Below, in pieces: positions 20,346 through 29,817 of a stretch of DNA of 64,000 nucleotides. Within the stretch, counting starts at the first letter, position 1. Each line of letters starts with the position of its first letter. The notes under the pieces were generated by a model. The model ran no database searches. It had not been told where the DNA came from and saw only the letters and a list, made by a program, of their open reading frames with translations. The translations under genes and the position numbers were made by a program. The stretch is from an uncultured archaeon (lineage in GTDB: Archaea; Asgardarchaeota; Lokiarchaeia; Sigyniarchaeales; SOKP01): contig CAZBPC010000008.1 in NCBI GenBank assembly GCA_964493715.1, positions 1 to 64,000 of the forward strand, in the 5' to 3' direction.

Positions 20346-22031
20346 ATGAAAATTGAACTAGAAGAACCATCAGTTAAAAAAAAAATATTCCAAAAAGTTA
20401 ATCAAAAAAAGTTATTAATCATTATCTTAAGCTTTACTATATATATCATTATTTTAGCATTGATATTTGTTCCACTTCAAGGAGGGTTTATATCGTCAAC
20501 TCAGATAATGCCACCTGTTGATAATCTTCCTAGCCAATATGAATCAAATTTACCAATTCAAGAAATGTTTGGTACTTATGGACGTTCTATAGCTATCGCT
20601 TTTGTAATGCTCTCGCATACTCTTCTTGCAAATTTACAGCTAGGAGGCTCATGGGTTGCTGTAACATCTGAAACATTGTTCATTAGAAATCATACAAGTA
20701 GATTTAATCGGTTATCTCGATCTATAACCTTATTTAATGTAATGCTATTTAGTTTAGGAACTACGCTTGCTACAGCAGGAGTCCTTTTCTTTATTATATT
20801 TGTGCCTAATCTCGTAACAAACCTCTTTCATATTTATTGGTGGCCTTTATTCTTAGAAGTTATTGCGTTTTTCTTAGAAGTGTTTTTTCTGTATACCTAT
20901 TGGTTCTCATGGGATAAAATTAAGATAAAATATCATCAAATTCTTGGATATGGTTTCGCAATTACGGTATTTTTTCAAACCTTTTTTATTAACATGGTTG
21001 CAGCAGGAATGTTAACCCCAGGAACTCCTACGGTGACATTTGGAAGTGATGGAATAATCACCATGTCAGTTAATGATTTAATGTCATGGTGGTTTAATCC
21101 TACTACTTGGTATTTAACAATTCATCGCTTTGCTGCAGCAGTTTCTGTATTTGGTTTTATATTAATCCTTCTGGCTATGTTTCACTATATGGATCGTCCA
21201 GATATTGCCTCCAAAAAGTATTGGGACTGGGTTGGATCTTGGGGTATGATGTGGGGTTTATTTGGCCTTATTTTTCAACCAATATTTGGATTACTTTATG
21301 TAAATCAATTATTTTATTCGGTTAACCCCGCTTTCCAGATGATAATGCATGGTCCTAGAGCGTGGGAAATGTTACTAGTTGTTTCTCTTATATCAGCATT
21401 GTTTCTGATCATTCTTGTATATTATATCGATAGAAAAGAAGAAATCCTCAATCGAGAGGAAAATGCTAAGTATAAGAAGCTATTTAATTGGTTTCTTATC
21501 ATAAGTGCGATCTGTGCATTTTTTTTAATCCAACCTTCGTGGTTAGGAGATACTTTTGAATTTGAGGCCAATTCGGTTTTTAATCCTCTTGGTATTATGG
21601 GTATTAAGTATATAGCTCTACTAGGATTAATGATTATTGGAATTTTGATTGTTGCAATTGATGTAAAGATGTTAAAGAAGATGAAAGAGGGAGAATGGGG
21701 AAAACTTTCAAAAATTTCTAGATATGCGGGAATTCTTGCAGGAGTTGTTGGAATGTTTATAGTTATAGTAATGGGGTACGTTCGAGAATCTACCAGAGCC
21801 CCATATACTATATTTGGAATTTTACCTGTTGAAGGATCTAGTACAAATCCTACTCCAATTGCAGTAGATCGACTTTTTATCGTTTTTGGATTGATAATGA
21901 TAACTATCATTTTAATCTTCTGGTTTACTTCAAAAGTAACTGCTCATCACCCAGAGGAAGCGGAAAAGATATACTCAGTAGGATACGACGATATGGAAGA
22001 ACCTTTAACTCAAGAAGATACAAATAATTAA
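20346..22031 (+). CDS. Cytochrome bd oxidase subunit I-like (CydA-like) membrane protein
   Basis: Many TM segments; SHTLLAN, PLFLEVIAFFLEVFFLYTYW, IHRFAAA and MGYVRESTRAPY parallel the conserved CydA His/Glu/Arg positions. No cydB nearby. Confidence 0.75.
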   Translation: MKIELEEPSVKKKIFQKVNQKKLLIIILSFTIYIIILALIFVPLQGGFISSTQIMPPVDNLPSQYESNLPIQEMFGTYGRSIAIAFVMLSHTLLANLQLGGSWVAVTSETLFIRNHTSRFNRLSRSITLFNVMLFSLGTTLATAGVLFFIIFVPNLVTNLFHIYWWPLFLEVIAFFLEVFFLYTYWFSWDKIKIKYHQILGYGFAITVFFQTFFINMVAAGMLTPGTPTVTFGSDGIITMSVNDLMSWWFNPTTWYLTIHRFAAAVSVFGFILILLAMFHYMDRPDIASKKYWDWVGSWGMMWGLFGLIFQPIFGLLYVNQLFYSVNPAFQMIMHGPRAWEMLLVVSLISALFLIILVYYIDRKEEILNREENAKYKKLFNWFLIISAICAFFLIQPSWLGDTFEFEANSVFNPLGIMGIKYIALLGLMIIGILIVAIDVKMLKKMKEGEWGKLSKISRYAGILAGVVGMFIVIVMGYVRESTRAPYTIFGILPVEGSSTNPTPIAVDRLFIVFGLIMITIILIFWFTSKVTAHHPEEAEKIYSVGYDDMEEPLTQEDTNN

Positions 22032-22054
22032 AATCGTTAATTTTTAAACTAAAT

Positions 22055-22192
22055 TTGACCGAAAAAATTCCAGAATTTGTCAGAAATATGGCAATTAAAA
22101 TGATTGAAGATTTCTCTGGAGAAATAGGATTCACTGAAGTTAAACCGGATTTAGTAGAAGAAATTAGCAACAAATTCAAATTGCACAATTAA
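22055..22192 (+). CDS. Stand-alone PCP_red-like mini-domain (45 aa) or gene remnant, paralogous to the USP C-terminus
   Basis: Translates LTEKIPEFVRNMAIKMIEDFSGEIGFTEVKPDLVEEISNKF versus LTEKIPAFVRNMVRKMIEDFACEKGISEILPELVENMANKF in 16864-18078. TTG start; below the ORF-track cutoff. Confidence 0.6.
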   Translation: MTEKIPEFVRNMAIKMIEDFSGEIGFTEVKPDLVEEISNKFKLHN

Positions 22193-22294
22193 ATTGTATA
22201 TTTTAATATTAATTTTAATGCAATTGATTTATAGAATTAGATCTAAGATTTAAAAGCAATAATCTTATTAAAAAAAACTACATAATAACTAATT

Positions 22295-22849
22295 ATGACG
22301 CAATTATTAAGATGCAAAGTATGTGGTTACATTATTAAGGATAGTAAATTGGGAGAAAAGTGTCCCGCTTGCGGAGTTCCAAAAACCGCATTTGAACCAT
22401 ATAAGGAAAAGGTTTCAGAGAAGCGTAAAAAAATCTTAGATTTAGAGATTCATCCCATACTAACACATTTTGCTGTGGGGTTTAGTGTCTTTTCTTTTAT
22501 TTTGACAATGTTAACAGTGATATTTCCAACTTTCTATAGAAATGAGATTCTTACTACTATTGTTATTCTAAATATTTCTTTGCCGATTTTTGTCGATTTA
22601 ACTCTTATGAGTGGAATTGTTGATGGAAAGATACGATTTAAAAGAATAATTACCACTCAACACATAAAGAAAATGATTATAGGGTCAGTATTACTCGCCC
22701 TTGCAATTTCATTAGGAGTAATCAGTTTCTTTTTGCCAACAGCAACAATTTTAATACCTCTCCTTTTCATAAGTTTATTCTGTGTCGTTTGTGCAGGATT
22801 GCTCGGTCTTATTGGAAGAACATTAAAATGTATAGCATTTCCAAATTAA
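22295..22849 (+). CDS. Rubredoxin-like domain fused to a 4-TM membrane domain (DUF2231-like)
   Basis: CKVCGY...CPACG, then HPILTHF and four TM helices. Confidence 0.8.
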   Translation: MTQLLRCKVCGYIIKDSKLGEKCPACGVPKTAFEPYKEKVSEKRKKILDLEIHPILTHFAVGFSVFSFILTMLTVIFPTFYRNEILTTIVILNISLPIFVDLTLMSGIVDGKIRFKRIITTQHIKKMIIGSVLLALAISLGVISFFLPTATILIPLLFISLFCVVCAGLLGLIGRTLKCIAFPN

Positions 22850-22869
22850 CTTTCTTGATCTTTTTTTTT

Positions 22870-24093
22870 TCAATTTTTTTCCTTTATTGAAGCATATTTA
22901 ATGATATTTTCTTTTTCAAACACTTTATGAAGTCTATTATAAGGAATATTTAACATTGTAAAAAATGGTGTTACTAAGCGAGATATAGGTAGATGAAGTA
23001 ATATAATTAAAATCACCGATCTTATCAGTGAGATTGAACAATTTCGAGCAGTTCCAACACGCATACCAAAATTTGCTCTTAAAGTGGCAGATTTGGCAGC
23101 ATTTTTTCGATAAAATTCATATTTATTGGCAAGAGTTTTAAGGTTGAGTTTAGGATTATTTAGATAAGATGATAGGATATCAGCTAAAAATTCGGCATCA
23201 GCAAATCCGGTATTCATCCCTTGACCTCCAATCGGAGGCATAGTATGAGCGGAATCTCCACACAGAAATACATTTTTTTTCCAATATGAGTCAGCTAAAA
23301 ATTTTTGAACACCAAATGAATTCTGAGAAATTTTATCTTTTTCATTTAAGCTGATCCCTGTGCGTTTGAGTATAACTTTTTCTAAAAATCCCTCTTTTGG
23401 GGTTTCAATAAATTTATAAGTTTGGATGATCCACCTTCTTTTCTTATTGGGTAACGGAAAAGATTCTATGCTCCCTTTATTTGTAAACCATAAAACAGCA
23501 GCTTCTTTAAAGAGAGATTTGTCAATATAATCTCCCATAATAAAAGTGGGTTTAAAATAATACCCTATAAAGGGAATTTTGACTTTTTGTCGAATAACTG
23601 ATTTCTCACCGTCACAAGCGCAAATGAGCATTGATGAGAAAGTAAATTCTTTTAAGTCTTGAATATTGAAACATTCTATTGAATATTTCTCCGAGTCTGA
23701 CTTTACATTAGAAACATTATAACCTCGTAATATAGTTACGCAAGAAAAGTTTTTTAAATTATTTTCTAGTATTTTTTCAGTTATAGCTTGTGATAAAGAA
23801 AGAACAAATGGAAATTTTGAGGGAATTTTCTCTATCTTTAATTCACCTAACCGCATTGTAGTTCCAAAAAAGATTGCTCTTCTCCCTATAATACCATTTT
23901 TGATAAATAGATGGGCAAGATTTAAATCATTTAATATTTCTAAAGAGGGAGGAGTAATCCCAATAGCCCTTGACCAAGGACTTCTGATCAATTCTTTTTC
24001 TAAAATTAATGTTTCAATATTTTTTGAACCAAGGAGATTTGCTAATAACAGTCCGACTGGCCCAGCACCTACAATTATTATTTTATAATTCAT
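22870..24093 (-). CDS. FAD-dependent monooxygenase (aromatic hydroxylase family)
   Basis: GAGPVG, CACDG and GDSAHTMPPIGGQGMNTG fingerprints. Confidence 0.92.
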   Translation of the reverse strand: MNYKIIIVGAGPVGLLLANLLGSKNIETLILEKELIRSPWSRAIGITPPSLEILNDLNLAHLFIKNGIIGRRAIFFGTTMRLGELKIEKIPSKFPFVLSLSQAITEKILENNLKNFSCVTILRGYNVSNVKSDSEKYSIECFNIQDLKEFTFSSMLICACDGEKSVIRQKVKIPFIGYYFKPTFIMGDYIDKSLFKEAAVLWFTNKGSIESFPLPNKKRRWIIQTYKFIETPKEGFLEKVILKRTGISLNEKDKISQNSFGVQKFLADSYWKKNVFLCGDSAHTMPPIGGQGMNTGFADAEFLADILSSYLNNPKLNLKTLANKYEFYRKNAAKSATLRANFGMRVGTARNCSISLIRSVILIILLHLPISRLVTPFFTMLNIPYNRLHKVFEKENIIKYASIKEKN

Positions 24094-24299
24094 AAAATTC
24101 TCTTTCAGAATTTCATTTATGTTTACACATATAAAGGAAATGTGTAATTATAACTTAATGATGTAGCTACAACATAAAACTTATTCCTTATTAGAAAATT
24201 TATAATTTATTAGAAAAAATATAAAAAATGCAACAAGATTTATGCAATTCATATTTAATTAAATCCTTTTAATAACTTAATTTATTACTTGAAAACATA

Positions 24300-25016
24300 A
24301 TGGCAACAAAAAAGCAACAAGCAATTGGATGGATTAAAGCGATTAGACCTAAATTTTTGGTTTCATACGTAGTCTTAGGGATTGGGGGAATTATAATCGG
24401 GATTAACCATCCAGGAAATACAATTGATATTGTCTTACTTATCCTATCATTTATTACTATAATAACTGCGGGGATCGGTGTACATTATCGAGATGAAGCA
24501 GCAGATTGGCTAGCTGGTTATGATTTAGAATCTGGAGGCGTAGGAGTAATCCGGGATGGCATTTTAAAAGTCAAACATCTTCAGATTGTGGGTAGAATAT
24601 TGACAATCATCTCTTTAGGTTTCGCAATTTTACAAGTTTTTATCACTTGGCAGTTAATATATATTCTTATTCCATTAGTGCCCGTAATCATATTATCAAA
24701 TTATGTTTCAGAAAGCATCACTTTAGGGCACGAAGTTGCACCTGCATTTGCTTATTCTATGTCACTGTTGTGGGTTTTTTTAGCACAAGGATGGAGTTTT
24801 ACACTTTCAACGCTTTATTTTGTAATATTCGCATTCCTATTCGTATTAGCTTTAGTACCATATCAAGATGTTGGTGATTATGAGGTTGATTTAAAAACAG
24901 GTAAGAAAACCCTTACAGTTAAATTGGGAATTGATGCAGTTGGGCAATTATCTATTATTATAGCTGTTATATCGCTTATTTTTCTTTATCTCAGTATTTT
25001 AATGTTCATTTATTAA
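24300..25016 (+). CDS. UbiA-family prenyltransferase (MenA-like)
   Basis: WIKAIRP, RDEAAD and QDVGDYEVDLKTGKKTLTVKLG Asp-rich motifs; multi-TM. Confidence 0.85.
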   Translation: MATKKQQAIGWIKAIRPKFLVSYVVLGIGGIIIGINHPGNTIDIVLLILSFITIITAGIGVHYRDEAADWLAGYDLESGGVGVIRDGILKVKHLQIVGRILTIISLGFAILQVFITWQLIYILIPLVPVIILSNYVSESITLGHEVAPAFAYSMSLLWVFLAQGWSFTLSTLYFVIFAFLFVLALVPYQDVGDYEVDLKTGKKTLTVKLGIDAVGQLSIIIAVISLIFLYLSILMFIY

Positions 25017-25083
25017 TTTTAAAATAATATAAGACTAATTATTTAATTATTCAATAACTAGTCTTTCTTTTAATCTTTTTAAT

Positions 25084-25104
25084 TCATTACTAAAAACTTT
25101 AAAT
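25084..25104 (+). promoter_or_regulatory. BRE/TATA promoter, probably giving a leaderless transcript
   Basis: AAAAAC-TTTAAA about 25-30 nt before ATG 25128; conserved in the decayed copy at 15789. Confidence 0.55.
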
Positions 25105-25127
25105 TCGATGGGAATCGAAATGAATCT

Positions 25128-26654
25128 ATGGAATCATATGATTTAGTAGTAATTGGTTCGGGTGCGGGGCTCAATGTTCTAAATTATGGACTACAGTTGG
25201 GACTTAATTGTGCCTTAGTAGAAGATACCAAGCTTGGAGCTACCTGTTTAACTCGTGGGTGTATTCCTTCAAAAGTATTGGTCCATCCTGCAGACCTAAT
25301 TAGAGAAGCAGAGCATGCAAGCAAGGTAGGAATTAAATTCAGCGTCGACAATATAGATTGGGATCTAATTGCAAGGAGGATGTGGAGTCAAATTGATGAA
25401 AGCAAGGAAATGGAAGATGGTTTATCCAATGTTCATAATTTAAAATTATATAAAGGGATTGGTGAATTCATTGGGGAGTATGAGATGAAGGTAAAATCAG
25501 TATCATCTGGTGAAATTATTGGTCATTTTAAGGGAGAGAAATTTGTCTTAGTCTCTGGTGCTAGATCGTTTATTCCTCCAATTCAAGGATTAGATCAAGT
25601 GGAGTTTATTACTAATGAGAATTTCTTTGGAGATAAGTTCCCAGATAAACCTTGGGAAAGTTTAATTATAATAGGTGGGGGTGTAATTGCAGCAGAATTT
25701 GCCCATATTTTTTCTGCGTTTGGAACAAAGGTAACTATTGTAGAGATGTTGCCACGTTTAGTAATAACAGAAGAACCCGAAATTAGCGAGTTTTTGGAGA
25801 GGAATTTTAAAGAACATATGACTGTTCTTGTTAATCATAAAGCAATTAAAGTCACTGAAAAAAAAAAAGAGAAAATTGTTACAGTTCAAAATGTTAAAAC
25901 GGGCGAGGAAGTTGAATTAAAAGCGGAAGAAATTCTGGTGGCTACTGGTCGTAGTTCGAATGCAGACTTACTCAAGGTTAAAAATACAGGAGTAGAAACT
26001 GATGAGAGAGGATGGATCAAAACTAATAAATATTTAGAGACTGCTAAGGCAAATATTTGGAGTTTTGGGGATGCTAATGGGCTTTACCAATTTAGACATA
26101 AAGCAAATTACGAATCTGATGTATGTGCGAATAACATTTTTGGTCCTGAGAGCGAAAAACAGAGTGTTGATTATTCAGTAGTACCGTGGGCAATCTTTAC
26201 TTCACCTCAAATTGGACATGTGGGCATGACTCAAGAAGAAGCGATCGAAAAAGGTCATGAGATATTTGTTGCTATCAAAAATTATTCTTCAGTAGCGAAA
26301 GGATTTGCGATGGGTTATAATACTGATGATATTGATGATGGTTTTGTTAAATTAGTGATTGATAAATCTTATAAATTGTTAGGTGCGCATGTGGTTGGTC
26401 CTTATGCCGCTCTTCTTGTTCAACCGTTTGTATATTTAATGAATGCAGGCTATACTTGTGATTCTCCTGAATTTCCAGCAAGAACAGGACCTAATAAATT
26501 GGGAAGAGCTTGTCCTGAAGCGGGATCATTTATGCCTGTATATAAATCAATGGTGATACATCCTTCCCTCAATGAAGTTGCAGGTTGGGCTATAGGTAAT
26601 ATGAAGCCTATTAATATCAAAATGGAACATCATGAACATCATCATGAGGAATAA
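25128..26654 (+). CDS. Pyridine nucleotide-disulfide oxidoreductase (dihydrolipoyl dehydrogenase / mycothione reductase-like)
   Basis: GSGAG, TCLTRGCIPSK, GGGVIAAE, FGDAN, IHPSLNE; His-rich tail. Confidence 0.9.
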   Translation: MESYDLVVIGSGAGLNVLNYGLQLGLNCALVEDTKLGATCLTRGCIPSKVLVHPADLIREAEHASKVGIKFSVDNIDWDLIARRMWSQIDESKEMEDGLSNVHNLKLYKGIGEFIGEYEMKVKSVSSGEIIGHFKGEKFVLVSGARSFIPPIQGLDQVEFITNENFFGDKFPDKPWESLIIIGGGVIAAEFAHIFSAFGTKVTIVEMLPRLVITEEPEISEFLERNFKEHMTVLVNHKAIKVTEKKKEKIVTVQNVKTGEEVELKAEEILVATGRSSNADLLKVKNTGVETDERGWIKTNKYLETAKANIWSFGDANGLYQFRHKANYESDVCANNIFGPESEKQSVDYSVVPWAIFTSPQIGHVGMTQEEAIEKGHEIFVAIKNYSSVAKGFAMGYNTDDIDDGFVKLVIDKSYKLLGAHVVGPYAALLVQPFVYLMNAGYTCDSPEFPARTGPNKLGRACPEAGSFMPVYKSMVIHPSLNEVAGWAIGNMKPINIKMEHHEHHHEE

Positions 26655-26736
26655 CTTCTTTCTGTATTTATTTTCTTTTATTTTTAATAAATGAAAACTT
26701 CAAATATTTAGCTTCTTTCAACAATACTAATATATA

Positions 26737-28662
26737 ATGGATTTGAAGAACAATTCAATAGGACAGGTTTATACTCCTGATTATATAGCGGATTTTATGG
26801 TACAAAATGTGAAAAATCAATACTTATCTATACATGATAACCTTGATCACGTTAAGATCCTTGAACCTAGTGCGGGAAAAGGGGTTTTCCTTAAATCCCT
26901 CTTAAATTGGGGATTTAACAATATAACTGCTTATGAATTAGATCCAAACCTTCATAAAACTTTATTAGAGAATTATCCAAATGTAATATTTAAATTTACG
27001 AATTTTTTAGGATCGAATCTTAACGATAACTTCGATATTATTATTGGAAATCCCCCTTATTTAGGACAAAATTATAACCCTCAAATTTTTCAGGAACTTA
27101 TACATGAATATCCAAATTGTCGGAAATATTTTGTTGGAAATATGGATTTATTTTATTATTTTATTCATTTTGCCATATTAAAATTAAAACCCGGGGGACT
27201 TCTATCTTATATTACCACTAATTATTGGTTAACTAAATCCAAGAAAACGGGAATAAAGTATCTTAAACCCCATATTGCTAATGATTGCTATATATTACAA
27301 TACATTGATTTAACAAGATTAAAGATATTTAAAGATGCTTTGGGGCAACATAACTGCATCTTTATACTCCAGAAAAAGAGTGATACTGAAAAAGATAAAA
27401 AGATCAATAAACCAATTCAAGTCATTCAAGTAAAAAAAAATGATAATGTTAACTACTCAAACCATCAATATACTAATCTTATTTTGTCTGAAATGCTGGA
27501 GAATCATAAATCTAAATTTATTAAAAAATATACTTCTGCTTTAAAGAATAATGATCTAGATGAATTTGGAAATTGGAATTTAATCTATCCAAGAGAAGTC
27601 GAAGAAATAATCACTCAGATAGGACTATTTTGCATAGAAGAAGGAAAAATAGCATCTTTAGGAGATTATTTCAGTATTCGGAATGGACTGATATTAATAA
27701 AAGATGATATTTTTATTCTAAAAGAAAAAGATCAGATTTCAATTGAGGAAGATGAGATTTTAATAAATATCAATAAGGAATTTACCAAACTTAACCCACT
27801 TGAGAAAAAAAGATTAAAGAAAATCTATAAAAGTCGATCTATTGTGCCCTACGGATATCTTCCTCAAGAACTTGAAGGTTATGTAATATATTTTGATAAA
27901 TTTGAATTTAGCGAACTTGAAAATGAGGATCGAGAGGATCAATTAATAAAAATCTACCCTACCCTAGCTAAATATTTGAAACAATATGAGCAAGATCTAA
28001 TAAAAATATTAATAAATGCAAACGAGAATCCAAGAAATATCTATTACCCACGTCGAGGAAGCCATATTAGACAAGAAAAGCGTAATGGTTTAATCAGTTT
28101 GGAAGGTTTATATGATAATAGCCCAAAAATCTTTTTTAAATTTATTTCTCGGGATAATGTCTTTGGATATGCTATGGATCAATACTATGCGACATCAGAT
28201 ACATATTTCCTGTGGCCCAAAAAATCTTCTGAATTGACTCCCATATTTTTACTTGCTTATTTAAATTCCAGCATCGTGAGATTCATCTATAAATCAAGAG
28301 GTTTAGCAATGAAAAGAAGCAAGACCAAAATTGAAGATGGAATCCCACTACCAATCCTTAATCAATTTAAAACCAAGGAAAAGAATTCAATCATTGAATT
28401 AATTCAACTAATGACTAAATTTCGAATACATTTAATAAATCCAATTAATGATTATGATGTTAATGATTTTATAGATGAATTAAAATCAATCTCTCATATA
28501 ATTAATCCTGAGACGAACTCATCTAAAGAAATGATTATCAATGCAATAAATGATAAGAGAGAAGAAGATATCCAAATGATCATTGATAATCTATTTTACC
28601 AACTCTTTGATTTAGACGGAAAAAGAATAGATTATTTAATGAGGGAATACTACTATGATTAA
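26737..28662 (+). CDS. N6-adenine DNA methyltransferase with target-recognition domain (Eco57I/TaqI-like), orphan
   Basis: GQVYTP, ILEPSAGKGVF, IIGNPPY, DLFYYF, LAYLNS. No endonuclease adjacent. Confidence 0.9.
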   Translation: MDLKNNSIGQVYTPDYIADFMVQNVKNQYLSIHDNLDHVKILEPSAGKGVFLKSLLNWGFNNITAYELDPNLHKTLLENYPNVIFKFTNFLGSNLNDNFDIIIGNPPYLGQNYNPQIFQELIHEYPNCRKYFVGNMDLFYYFIHFAILKLKPGGLLSYITTNYWLTKSKKTGIKYLKPHIANDCYILQYIDLTRLKIFKDALGQHNCIFILQKKSDTEKDKKINKPIQVIQVKKNDNVNYSNHQYTNLILSEMLENHKSKFIKKYTSALKNNDLDEFGNWNLIYPREVEEIITQIGLFCIEEGKIASLGDYFSIRNGLILIKDDIFILKEKDQISIEEDEILININKEFTKLNPLEKKRLKKIYKSRSIVPYGYLPQELEGYVIYFDKFEFSELENEDREDQLIKIYPTLAKYLKQYEQDLIKILINANENPRNIYYPRRGSHIRQEKRNGLISLEGLYDNSPKIFFKFISRDNVFGYAMDQYYATSDTYFLWPKKSSELTPIFLLAYLNSSIVRFIYKSRGLAMKRSKTKIEDGIPLPILNQFKTKEKNSIIELIQLMTKFRIHLINPINDYDVNDFIDELKSISHIINPETNSSKEMIINAINDKREEDIQMIIDNLFYQLFDLDGKRIDYLMREYYYD

Positions 28663-28697
28663 TTAGAAAAACCAAAATTTTATAAACTCATAGTTAA

Positions 28698-29750
28698 ATG
28701 ATAGAGTTTCCAAAATTCGATGATGTTGGGAGTTTTCCTTTACCAGATTATATCGATATTGACAAGTTCAAGCAATTTTATTGGGCTGGATACAAAGGAA
28801 TTGTAAATAACGCGGATATATTTGAGAATAGGGGAATATATAATTATTTCATTCATCCTTTTCTACAATCTTTTCAGTTAAAATTAAATGCAGGAGTTGA
28901 GATCATAAATTATCCCCAACTTATGGATATGTATAATCAATTCCTAAAACCTATTGAAGATTATGAAACAGAACCTTCTCTAATAGACCCCCGAAAAGCA
29001 ATTATTCCAGAACTATTTATCTTAGATTCCTTTTCAAAAGACTATTATGAAAGAACTGGAAATAGTCTGGAAATTAAAGTATGCATTACTGGACCTATAG
29101 AGTTGTACATTAAAAAGCAAGGTTTTACAGTATATCCTGATATTGTAATGAATATAGCAAAATCGCTTAATACAATTCTCAAAAAATCGATCAATAATAC
29201 CAAATATTTGCATTGTTCCATAATCTCCATTGATGAACCATCATTTGGTTATGTGGATATGTTTAATATCGAAGAAGATGCCTTGATTAAGGCTTTTGAT
29301 AAAACTGTAGATGGTATCGATTCGATTATTCAAATTCATCTCCATACATTAAAAAAATTTCACACTCCAATTCAAGCAAAAAATATTGACGTGTTAACTT
29401 GTGAATATGCTTCTGATCATTCAAATGTTATCCCCAAAAAGGATTTAGATTTGTATGATAAATTCATTCGAGTTGGTATCACAAGAACTAATATAAATAG
29501 TATAATGGCTGAAAAACTGGATGCGGGGACACCATATGATGAATTAAAAACATATGAAGGTATCATGAGTCTAATTGATTCAAAAGAATTCATCAAAGAG
29601 AATCTACTTCTCGCCTTAAAGCATTATGGAGATCGCTTAAAATTTATTGGTCCCGATTGTGGACTTAAAGGATGGAATCCTCCACAGGTTGCGTATGAAT
29701 TATTAAGAAGAACCTATCAAGTCATTAAGGAGGTTAAAAATAATCTATAA
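28698..29750 (+). CDS. Core (folate-independent) methionine synthase, MesC-like
   Basis: DDVGSFPLP, KVCITGP, SIDEPS, IHLH and GPDCGL; catalytic barrel only. Confidence 0.75.
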   Translation: MIEFPKFDDVGSFPLPDYIDIDKFKQFYWAGYKGIVNNADIFENRGIYNYFIHPFLQSFQLKLNAGVEIINYPQLMDMYNQFLKPIEDYETEPSLIDPRKAIIPELFILDSFSKDYYERTGNSLEIKVCITGPIELYIKKQGFTVYPDIVMNIAKSLNTILKKSINNTKYLHCSIISIDEPSFGYVDMFNIEEDALIKAFDKTVDGIDSIIQIHLHTLKKFHTPIQAKNIDVLTCEYASDHSNVIPKKDLDLYDKFIRVGITRTNINSIMAEKLDAGTPYDELKTYEGIMSLIDSKEFIKENLLLALKHYGDRLKFIGPDCGLKGWNPPQVAYELLRRTYQVIKEVKNNL

Positions 29751-29817
29751 ATTATTTTTAATTTTAAAATGATTGTTAATACATATTTTGTTGATGGAGT
29801 AGTTTAAATAAAAATTT

